Part shown: piece after piece, positions 52,650-64,000 of the stretch
Layout: every line of letters begins with the position of its first letter
Numbering within the stretch: position 1 is the first letter of the stretch
Assembly (NCBI GenBank): GCA_028023455.1
Contig: JAQFVV010000011.1
Coordinates: 5,394,001 to 5,458,000, forward strand
Source: Epiperipatus broadwayi
Lineage: Eukaryota > Animalia > Onychophora
Direction of reading: 5' to 3'
DNA length: 64,000 nt
Translations under genes and position numbers: made by a program
The notes under the pieces: model-generated
What the model was told of the DNA's origin: nothing
The model's database searches: none
The model's input: the letters and a program-made list of their open reading frames with translations, nothing else

Positions 52650-53300
52650 TTAATGTTATTTTGATAAATAAGGAATTAGTATGGTTGGAGGAAGATATGA
52701 GATTTAATTATAACAGATTTGATGATGATATGGCAGTATTTGCAGTGAGAGAAGCACTTCAATATTGTGTTATGTAGAACCTAGCACTTCTTATAGAAAG
52801 TTTGAAATGAAGATAAATACCAATAAACATAATATGATAGAAAAATTAGGATGATAATTGTAATGACTAAATAAGCGTTTACTAAAAGTCAAAAGTTATT
52901 CTGTGCTCCATCAAAATTATATCTGAGAAAGTGGGATATTTTTTATATAACATTGATGTTTAGATGATTAAAAAAAGTAAGAAGAAAAAAATAGACTTTA
53001 AAGAAATATTGATTTGAAGGTTAATGAAAAAGATAAATTGCAAAGATGAAAACAAAAATATACTAGCGTTTAAATGAATAAAGGAAAAAAGATTATTTTT
53101 TAAATAAATTATAAAAACAAAAAGAAACTGGATTCAGTATATACTTAAAGACAGATATGAAAAATGCCTTGGAAGATATTATAAAGGATATGCAGAAAAG
53201 AGGTAGAATAATGTAAAATGAAATGGTATAAGTATTTGAAAAAGTAGAGCATAAGTTAAAAAGGCTTGGTGAATAAAGTCTTGATTGGTATATAAGATTT
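52650..53300 (+). mobile_element. Decayed RTE-type RT 3' fragment
   Basis: agatttgatgatgatatggcagtattt (RF.DDMAVF), atgaagataaatacc (MKINT), and an RTE-like C-terminus near 53260-53290. Confidence 0.55.
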
Positions 53301-54176
53301 GATTTTTGGCAGATAACTGATGTTTATAGAGCATTTTACTTTATTAGTTTTTTTAAATAAAACAAACAACCTTTTTTTCCAATTATTTTTTAGTACTGAA
53401 TTTTTTATTGAAAAAGAAAGACATAAATAGTTGGAAAATCATATATTGATAAATTTGTATAAAATTCAAAGATATATAATAAAGTAAATATTTTCATTGA
53501 TTAATCAAGATATAAGCAAATGAGTGAGGAAATTTTGCATATAAATAACTAAATAAGAATGTTTAATAATGATGTTGCTAAGTAATTACCAACTGAAATT
53601 GACAATCCTAAACTAAACCATTTTCTTGTTTTAGTAGCAAACAATAGCTGTTTTGTCAGCATTTACTTAGTGTCAAAAGGAATCTTTTATCTTAATGTTC
53701 AAGATGTTATATAGGACAAAAACTTGGATACATATTTTTTTATAAGTATGAGAATCTTAAAGAATCACAACTTTTCTGAAATTCTGGAAATAACAAATCA
53801 TCTCCCCTTTACAACTATGTACATATCAACTTAAATAATTTCATGAAATAATTAAGAGGTAAACAAATACATTTTGGAAATTATTCAAATGAAGTATGTT
53901 TAGCACTCTTTATTGTGTAGTAACATCAATTGAAATTGCTATCTCCAAGTTATAACCTCTTACAATAGCTTTTTTTAAAATCAGAGTTTACTTAAGAGAT
54001 AAAAGGAGATTCTATTTTATTTTAATGTTCAAAATCTTCATGACACATAAATTCATATATATAAAGACTTTAAAGAATCACATTTTTCATATATATAAAA
54101 ACTTGAAACAATCACATTTTTCTGAAATCATGGAAATACATAATTTACCTGAATAATTTCTCTTATTCATTTTTAT

Positions 54177-54371
54177 TTTAATTAATCCATGAAAATATTT
54201 AACATTTATATAACTAAGGGAGAGATGATTTATTATTTTCAGGATTTCAAAAAGAGTGATTTTTTTAAATAAGTTTAATTAATCCATGAAAATATTTAAT
54301 ATTTATATAACTAAGGGAGAGATGATTTATTATTTTCAGGATTTCAAAAAGAGTGATTTTTTTTTAATAAG
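54177..54371. repeat. Recent 97-bp tandem duplication
   Basis: Two near-identical units start at 54177 and 54274. An older, longer duplication (about 53680-53870 vs 54000-54200) lies next to it. Confidence 0.9.
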
Positions 54372-57300
54372 TCCTCATATTTAAAAAAATAACTTTTTAT
54401 GACCCACATAACATCATGGACATTTAGATATAAAAAAAGAAGCTATTGTTTGTTATTAGAGTGGTTTAGCTTGGGACCATTAATTTATTATTATCTAGCA
54501 ACAACATTGCTTAAATATACTTTTCTTGTTATTTACACAGATAATTGTGTTCTTTTATTTGCTTATATTTTAATTAAGCCATAAAAAACATTTAATTTAG
54601 CATTTATGTAGCTCTAAGGGGAAATTTATTATTTCCAACATTTTCAGAAAAGATGTAAATCTTTGAAGTCCTTATAATGTCTGAATTTATGTCCTATATA
54701 AGAGGGCATTGAGAAAAAAGAGAATCTTTTGTGTCTAAGTAAATTCTGAGAAAAAAGTGATTGTTGGCTACTAGAGCAAGTGGTTTTTGATGATGGTATT
54801 TTAGATGTTATAATATGTTAGTCTATTTCCATCATCTATCATTAAATGTTAAATGTCTAGAAAATTTTAAACCTTATTTAAACTTTTCAAAGGCAAACAA
54901 CTGTTAGCAATAATACACAGATAGACAATACAGATTAGTAGATTACATAATTTTTCAAGTGATATTATTCTTTGCTCTTCTTCTGGTGTTGTTGGCCTGA
55001 TCATTGACAATATTAGTGTAGGAGTTGAACTTACACCTTCAGATTCTTGAATGTCAAATTTTAAGGCAATGCTCTAATTAATTCGAGATGTTATGTAATC
55101 TACTAACCTGTGTTATCTATTTGTGTATTATTACTAATAGTTGTTTGTATTTGAAAAGTTTAAATAAAGTTTAACATTTTGTAGACATTCTACATTTAAT
55201 GATAGATAATGGGAATAGGTCAACATATTATAACAAATGGGTCAATTGGTAATTATTAGCAACATCATATCATTGCTGAAACCTACATTTCTGCTTATTT
55301 ACATGGATAATTCTTCACATTTATTTGTTCATTTCAAAGATGCATATATATATAATTAAATAATATTCTTATGGGAGAGATAGATATTTTGAGCCAAAGA
55401 AAGGCTTATGTCAAAAGACTTTGTAAACATTGAAGTCTTTTTATTTTCTCATTGATTTATATGTATGTTATTCATTGAATTAATAATGATTAAACTATAA
55501 TTATGGTGGATTACTAATAATAGCATATCTATATTATATTTTATTGTAATTCTTTAAAGAATTATAATTCATTAATATACCGACATGAAGCAAGTTATAT
55601 GCATATTTAAATCATGAATTCATTTCTTTAGCATTCTAATAAAATGAAATTAAAGAATACAATTTTTTAATAAAAATGAATAATTCAATAAATTTCTAAG
55701 TAAAACATTTATTTAGTAACACTACAAAATTTTCCCGTAGACTTTACTGTACAGTTGCTTCTGTAATGAATCACATTGTATTACTTTATTATTATTAATA
55801 ATATATATATAATTAGTAAAAGTAGAAAAACTTTCTGGTGTAGTTGTTAACAAATCTTCTAGCTGTGTGCACATATATATTAATTGTTATTGGAAAATTA
55901 TCCAGGAATAAAGCAGACTTAGGAGATTTCCTCCTAATAGCTGGTCTTTAGCAAATCCAAGTAGCCATCCACTTCAGATAGAAAATGGATATTTAATTAC
56001 TATTAATTAGAGAATAAAGATCCCAGATTAATCTGATTGGTCATACAAATGTTGATGTAAAGAAAGTAAAAAAAAAAAGGATTGTAGTTTAGTTGCAATC
56101 TACATCAGCTGTGGGAGAAATGTGACATTCCAAGAGATGCTAGTTCTATTTATTTTCCATAAATGCACATATCTTTCAAAAGTTTATATCACTTCTAATA
56201 TCTGTAGTTCTATATTAAATTAGCTATAACATCTAATTGAATTGTTAAATGTTTTTAGAAAAATTTAAGTTTTATTTATATTTTTTCCAAACACATTTAA
56301 CCATTAGTAAAAATATACAGCTTAATAGAACAAGTGTTTCAGATTTTTTTCATCTCTCTTCTTCAGATATTGCTAACTTAATAAGATGGTAATCCAGCAG
56401 AAGGATTGAAATATGGCTTTTAGATTTGTGATTAATGAATTTAAGTTGACACTCTAACTAGCCACTCTACTAAAAACTATAATCAGTAAAAAATTTACAT
56501 AGAGTACTTCATTAACATTTATACTGAATATTGCACTTGGAAAAATAGCTAGTTGGTTAGAGTTAAATTTATTATTTCACATATTTAGTCATCAGTTCAA
56601 TCCTGATGTTAGATTCTTTTTGATTTGGTCAAGTCAACAACACATGAAGAAGTGAGGAGAAAAAGTAGTACTCAAAACATTTGCTTTCTGCACTAACTTA
56701 TGTATTATTAAATATTAAATGTATTTTGAAAAGTATAAATAAAGTTCAAATTAAAAATAAATAAATAATTGAACTAGATGATAGAATAGCCTAGCATAAA
56801 ACTAGAAGTAAAAATGCCATCATTACATCTTCAGACAAGTAGCCCTGGTATTGCATATAGTAATTTACAAGTATTCAAAACATACATTTTATGTTGTACA
56901 TGTGAGAAATCCATTGCAATGTACTGGAATATTTCTGCTATTTGCTATATGTTTCAGCTATATATTTACATATATAAAATATTGTGTTAATTATTATTCA
57001 AAATCATTAAATGTATATAATACTCATATAAAAATACAAATTATATATGATTAAGTAATGGATGTTGCAACGACTATAGTTAAATTAATATGTAAGCTGT
57101 CTAATTGTGAAATCAATATATTAGATTACATATTAAATTATGTTATGATGAGAGATTGAGAATAATAAGTTGCTGAAGGTCACATAAAATGAATTTTTTT
57201 AAAAAAAAACATGTTTTAAGGTTGCAAGAGTAATTTGCTCATCATAAATTATGAAAAATAAATAGGTTCTTGTAATTTGCTATGTTATTTAAAAAGTAAG

Positions 57301-57649
57301 AATGGTTTATTGCTCAGGAGTTTACAAGAAGTTCCAGCCAGAAGTGACATCCGTAGATCTTGAGCTCAAAAATCTGCATTCTATGACTGTATCAAAGCAA
57401 ACAGGGCAGTAAATAGTTGTAGTATTATATTGAAAATATATATATATTGTTAAAATATTTTTATAAAAGTTTGTAAACTTAGAAAAATGAAAATTTATAT
57501 ATATGTAAATAAAGCTTTGTGTGTGTGTGTGTGTGAAATTAATAAAGTTAAATAGTTAGATTAAACAATTTTTTTTTTTAAAAAAAGAGAACTGGAAGAG
57601 CAAGGGATTAAAGAGGAAGTGGGTGGTGGGGGTGGTGTTGATTTATAAA

Positions 57650-58110
57650 TGATAATTCTGGGTATTGGGGAATTTAGCAAGAATAGATGATGAACTTGGA
57701 GAAAATGATTGTCCTTCTGCTGTATATATATAATACTCTTTTAATCTAAATATGTTTTTTTTAATCATTTGTTATTAAAAAAAAATTCCGAACAATTATT
57801 GTTAACTATCCAGCAGTCACTACAAAGTTGAACGTTAAGTAAAAGGTTAGATAAGTAATGATTCTGAATATTGGAGAAATTAGCAAGAATAGATGAACTT
57901 AGAGAAAATGTTCGGAATCGATACATGGCTTAATATTCTTATCAGATTATCCTTCTGCTGAATATATAAAAAAAGTTTTTAATTTAAATATGTTCATAAA
58001 GCAAATATTTCCAACAATAAGATTTTTTAAAATCATTTGCTATTAAAAAAAAAAATCTGAACCATTATTATTAATCATCTAGAAGTCGCTACAACGTCGA
58101 ACGCTATGTT
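57650..58110. repeat. Diverged tandem duplication (about 200 and 260 bp units)
   Basis: Shared blocks ttagcaagaatagatga, gagaaaatg, tccttctgctg, aatcattt..tattaaaaaa, gttaagtaaaa. Confidence 0.75.
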
Positions 58111-59618
58111 TAAGTAAAAAGTTTGCATTCATAACAATTTTATATTAAAATACTTAACTAAAATATTAATTTTAAAGAAACTATTTAAAAAATGTTAATT
58201 TTTTAAAATACCGTTTAGTATTATCTTTATTAACAAATAGTTTCATTCAATTGTTAATTTATTTTTCATTCTAAATTTTTTTTATCTGTGTTCCATTCAA
58301 GATATTTGTAATTTTATGCCGCTATTAATTAACATTCCCATGTACTTCTTATTTTTCATCATTTATTGCAATATATTTAATCCATTTTTAAAATAACTTG
58401 TTATTTATAGTTCTAGTGATTTTTTACTAACAGCTTTGATGGTAATATTACGTTTTTTTTTTTAAAAAAAAAAAAAACAACAATTTTTTTATTATCTGTG
58501 TCAATGACAGTTGTATTGATATTTATTTATCCAGATATTTATATTACTAGTTCATTAATATATATATTTTCTAAGATTTGATATCATAATTATCATTTTT
58601 GTATAAATATTTAAAAAAAAACTTAAACAAGGCGAAAAATACAGATTTTTTTTTTTTTTTGAAACTCTTATCGTTTATTAATTCATTTTTTAAATTAAAA
58701 AGATCGTTATTAATTCAACGAAATTAATATTTTTTTTAAATTTAAGAGTAGTTTTACTTATGAAGAAATTCATTATAGTGGATTGAATTGAAATATATTT
58801 ATCTTCATACTCCTGTGATACACTTGCTGTTCTTAAAAAAATAAAAGTAATTTACTTTGGATATTATCGTTAATTTTCATAAAACAATTTAAAATGGGTT
58901 TGTAGTGTAATTAAAAATTGATTGTATTTTATAAAATAGTTCTTTTATAAAAGAAGGAACAAAATTATTTTTCAAAATTGGTTCAAGCATACCTAGATTT
59001 TTTTTGACATTGATTGATTGATAGAAAAATATCACAATTTTTCCAATACCACCTGACCAGTTTTTTATTTTTTAACTTTGTTAGTGAGGATTTAGGATTC
59101 AAAACTGGAATTAATGCATTGTGGATATTTTGAATTTCAGATTATTAATTTGAAAAGCATAAAGAAAGCAAAAGATGATTACTAGATGCATAAATGCATT
59201 ATTTTATCATTGACTTCTAAATTTCACGATAAAAGGAAACTATTTTAAGACTGTAAATAATATGACACTACCATCTGGTTGAGCTCAATGTAAACACAAC
59301 ATCTAAAGGAGTATTTAGCAATTTTTTTAAAATATTAAAACCCTAAATTGTCTGATAGACATCAGGGAAGAATACAGATCTTTCATTTATTCTTCAAGAT
59401 CAGTTTACAAAAGCTCAATAATATTTGAATTAGGTGATTGAGGAGAATATACCAAATCTGTATCATCCTTATGTTTGCCAAACCAATTTTTGACTTTATA
59501 AATTGCTTATCATTTTTGAAGATAATAATATTGTTTAATAACAATGTTTGTACTGTGGAATGAGCCTGGTTCCAACTTTTAAATATGATTGGATTATGAG
59601 AATATCATGATATGGCTG

Positions 59619-59697
59619 TACATAACACCATATTGTATCACAATTAACAGAAAACAATACATAACACCATATTGTATCACAATTGAGAGAAAACAAT
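59619..59697. repeat. 39-bp tandem duplication
   Basis: tacataacaccatattgtatcacaatt at 59619 and 59658. Confidence 0.9.
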
Positions 59698-60589
59698 GAA
59701 GTTGATTTTTTTTGCCAGTTATCAATAGTTGGAGAAAGAAATTATTTGATTGTCTATAAAATATGCTTGTAATCATTTATTCTCCAGTTAACCATATGCT
59801 TGCAGTCATTATGTGCGAATGCTATGAAGCTTTCATATTAAAAAATTCACAAGATTATTTTGATAGATTTAGAATATCTAAAAGTTTTATTGTCCTTTAT
59901 GATAATTGTTCACTACTATTTTTTTGCTATAATCTTTTACATTGTCTGACATTTTGTAAATATTGATTGTCAAACAAAGTTACTTTTAGAATTTCTATCT
60001 TTTTTAATAAATGGTGTTATAATTTTTGAACTTGTATCCTTAGATATTCCATTTAATTTTGACTTGTCTGACTCTTTGTTTTCCACTGGCTTATAGAACT
60101 AACAAAAACTTTCAGTCAGTAATATTTATATTTTCTTTACAGATAGAACACTAAGAAAAATTAAATATATTTGATAGGAAGATATCATTTCTATAAAACA
60201 AGAAAAAATGTGTCATACATATGTATTTTTATTTTCATGCTATGTAATATGGAACAATAATATTAATATGACAGATAGTTTCTTTATAATGTATTTGAAT
60301 ACGAATATTGATTATAATTTTTTCATTTTGTTAATTGATATCTCTGACAACTAATATTGTTTAATTATATGTGACACATTGCAAAATAACAATGATAATT
60401 TATTAACAGTCACTTGCACAAGAAAGGCCATCTAACTTTCAGCAAAAGATAGAGAAATAGAGGGACCCCTCTCCCCCCAGAAAGTTAGATATATGTTTTG
60501 TAGTGTTTATAAAATGATCAATCTATCAAATACAAATTTGCCTAATATTATAGGTGCTGCTCTTTTAATCTATTTATTTGACATTTTGT

Positions 60590-61060
60590 TATGCTAACTT
60601 TTAAGCTCTTTTGCAGCAAAATTTCTTATTGAAAAATTCAAGATCTTACCTAATTGTAACTTCATTTTATTTTCTCCTCGGTCATATCTTTTCAATTATA
60701 GCAATGAATGTTATAAATCATTAGAGTGTGTGCTATGCAAACAAATATTAATAGTTTATTGACTTCTTTTTTTTAAAAAAAAAATGTATTGATTTCTTCA
60801 AACATGCTTTATTTGCAAATGCAAATTAAGCAAAATCTTTAACCTTCCATCATTAAAATAATCATGCTTTCAGCATAAATATCATGATAGTTAGATAATT
60901 TTGAAGATTGTTATTATTCTTTGACACCTCTTCTTATTTACACTTTCAATTCTAATTCTATCTAGAAGTCATTTTTGCTGTATGGATGATAAGCATTTGA
61001 AGTGTGATGTCTAAGAAGAATGAAGTAGTGAAATATCTAACCATTTAGTTCTAAAGGTGT
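60590..61060 (-). mobile_element. Decayed RTE-clade 3' fragment
   Basis: DNA homology to 17580-17680; remnants of the RTE C-terminal region at about 60920-61000. Confidence 0.4.
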
Positions 61061-62006
61061 TACCAAACAAAAAAGAATTTATAAAATTATACACAAATGA
61101 TAATTTTTATATTATGGGCATATATATCTATCTATTTAGGAATAAAAAATATTTCAACTTGCTATTAAACCTAAGTAATTGGGAAAAAAAGAACAAAAAA
61201 AAAGGAGGTGGGATGGAATGAATTGATGACATAAATGAATGGAGACTAGACTAAGATTTTTAGTGAAAAAACAATTCATAATTTAAAAGATTGAGAATTT
61301 GGTATTTGCTGTGATGCCAGCTGGCACATAAGCACAGTTATTTTTTTCACAATATTATAATTGAAATGTTTTAATGGTGAAGGGGAATGGGATTAAAAAT
61401 ATTTTTTATGCTCAATAAACCAGTATTGTATTTTTCTCTGCAATATATATTTTAAAATATGAATTAATTTATTTATATTAGGAAAAGTCGTTTTTTATTC
61501 TAGTCATCTACTGTCAAAACTAAAATCAACATCCTTAGTCCAGTATTAGGCTGTTACCTTTATTGGATTGGGAGTGTTAATGTAATGGGACGAACATCAA
61601 ATGTCCATTGATTAATCAGTCTTATAGTAGATAACTTTAGAGTAGAGTGATGACAATTATTTTTGGAAGTATATGTTAAGAGTAAGCAGAGAAAATCATT
61701 TATTGTTTTGTTGTATATTATTTATTTTAAGTAAATAATGTGGTAGTATGTATACATGTATAAGTGTTTACCCATGTATTTATTTTGTTGTTCCTGCTGA
61801 AAAGAAAATTGACTTCATTATTTTTATTTAATTTAGAAATAAAATTGCATTATTTTCACTAGTCTTGTTTAACAATGATGTTATCATCGGACATTTTCTT
61901 GGATGAGGAGAGAAAGGTTAATATTTATATATATAAAAAGGCAGGTTATTATACAGAAAATTTTAAGATAGTAAATTTATGAAACTTATCTTTAAAATCA
62001 AAATCC

Positions 62007-62127
62007 AATTCCAGTACTCAGAGGCTAAACTCTCCATACAGTAGCGCCACTAAGTGCAAGCCAGAGTAATCAATGGATGCAAGAAAAATGGTGATTACGT
62101 GATGTTTAGTGGTTTAATTCCAGTACT
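62007..62127 (+). mobile_element. 97-bp tailless element (family C) with 12-bp TSD aattccagtact
   Basis: TSD 62007-62018 and 62116-62127. Body aaactctcc.ta.agtag.gccac...ccagagtaatcaatg...gtgatgtt.agtggtt is shared with 36329-36418. Confidence 0.8.
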
Positions 62128-64000
62128 GTAGGAAATAATTATATCTTAAATATGAATCTTTAGCGAAGATTATTTAATTAAATTCTTAATTGTTTGAAAG
62201 TTTTTTTTTATGTAAAATTACAGATACTAGAGCTAGATTTTAAGAAAAGGGAAAAATAGTTTTCCATATTTTTAAATTTTTAACCCTTAATGTTAGAAAT
62301 TTAGATATTTAATAACATCTTTCTCATCAACTGAATTGATTGGTGTAATTATGATATATATATATAAAGCAACTTTTAAATGGCTTTTTTTTCATTATTA
62401 TTATTTTGTTAATTCATAATTCTTTCTCTTATTTTTATATTAAAAAAAATAAATGGATAATTTTTTATTTGCATTTAAAATCTATGCACTATTTCTGAAG
62501 TGAATTCTTGTTTATTTGATTTAATTAGAATTATAGCATAATTATCTTCATTAACTGAGTTGTTGTATGCATTTTTAATGAGTTTAGCATTTCTGTATAT
62601 TATTTATGCGTTAATCTATCTGTGACCTATTTTTATTACACATCTTATTATGTTTACAGTGTGATTTTTTAGAACAATATATTTTTAAAAGTCAGATACT
62701 ATGCTACTGATGAAGGCCACAAGTTGTGGATAATGGAATTATCTTTAGACATGGGAGTTAATTGAGAACAGCTCATAAATATTACCTAACTAAAAATATA
62801 CCCTGCAGCTTTGTAGAATACGATATCAATAAGTCAGCAGCTGTTTCCAATAGGAACTATTGTTTCTGCTTATTCTCTGTATACTTTTATTTTTCTATCT
62901 TCAATCACTTAAGTAAGTATGGAACCCATCATCATGAGTCTCTCAAGTCATTTGTCATCTCTCTACACTGTGTAACCACATTTTGCAGCAGTTTCAGTAA
63001 CTGATAATTCTTTAGTAGTGATTTTTAGCTTGAGGCATTGCAATAAGTAAGAGATGAATTGGATTTGGGATAGGGGTTTTAATTCAGTAAATTCATAACT
63101 TTAGGCATTATATTTAGACTCTTCGTATCTAATATGCAGGTAATAAGGACCTAGAAAAAATAGATTAAAAATGGCCTATTAATATTTTTTAATCTTGATC
63201 TGTTGCTGTGATTTGACAGATTGTTAATTAAAATTGTACACATAATTTTAAAATCATTTATTAGTAATAAACAAAAGTATTTTTTTCTTTTCTACATTTT
63301 GAAACATTGAACGTGTACACATTATTTATGTGAACTCTTCAAGATTTAAATGTAGAATACTATATGTAGCTAAAGAGTTGCCAATATTTAAAATTGATAT
63401 AACTGTTCTCTGTGAAAATGATTTCCAAAGAAAGGAAGTGAATTTCAACATGGTTTTCATGGGATAGCCAGATCCCATTTACATAATAAAGATCATCTCA
63501 AAGATATTCTCAAATAAAATATTGATTGTTTTCATTTAAAAGATATGACTGAGGATAGAATCTAGTAGATAGCTGGAGTTAGGGAAAATATTGAACTATT
63601 TCAAAAAGTAAAATTTGTTGTTGAAGCAGTTGATAGTCATTCAAAACATTTATTTTATTTTGAAATTGAAATGGTCACAAATTATTTATGAATGGCTGCT
63701 AATGTTAGTGATAATTTTATAAGGAGTGCATTCATTGTATAGAACTAAATGTTGTATTTACGTATTAGAGATGCTACATATTAGACCTACTACATTTTTC
63801 ACATTCATATCAACCCACTGATAACTTTCTAATCTTGTAATGTGACCAAATAACATGCACACTTGGATGTTGTACAAACTTAGAATGATAAATTTGTCAA
63901 AATGGACCATGTGTACATGATATTTTCACAAGATATACAAAGTTGTCAGCAGTCTGAATATATATGTGAAAAGGCATAGCAGTTCTAATATGTGACAGTA

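Noticed and set aside
56575-56598. Minus-strand ctgatga...gaaa
   Set aside because: The intervening sequence does not form stem II; expected by chance in AT-rich DNA.
62707-62730. ctgatgaaggccacaagttgtgg as a hammerhead
   Set aside because: The first half and a stem are present, but GAAA and stem III are missing.
63400-64000. Protein-like decayed frame (HLKDILK...VEAVDSHSKHLFYFE) at the window end
   Set aside because: Could be a DNA transposase relic, but no family motif could be identified and it is truncated by the window.

Overview
AT-rich, strongly CpG-depleted eukaryotic (probably invertebrate) genomic DNA. The only convincing host coding sequence is one large + strand exon (21040-22308) of an unidentified Ser/Thr/Lys-rich protein. 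The rest looks intronic or intergenic and is crowded with decayed retroelements: several RTE-clade LINEs, two L1/Tx1-clade 3' fragments and two Penelope-like (PLE) relics. The most striking unexplained structure is a set of short insertions with unrelated sequences but a shared architecture: 13-16 bp target-site duplication (TSD), long arm, short loop, inverted short arm, TSD. Four have clear TSDs (30.9, 40.3, 41.3, 51.9 kb) and a fifth is probable (32.0 kb). Some carry minimal type I hammerhead ribozyme cores of the PLE/retrozyme kind. In one family the predicted self-cleavage site of a non-palindromic copy (43269/43268, minus strand) matches the point where the 30.9 kb palindrome turns around. 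All coordinates and alignments were read by eye; boundaries of old elements are approximate and no database search was possible.
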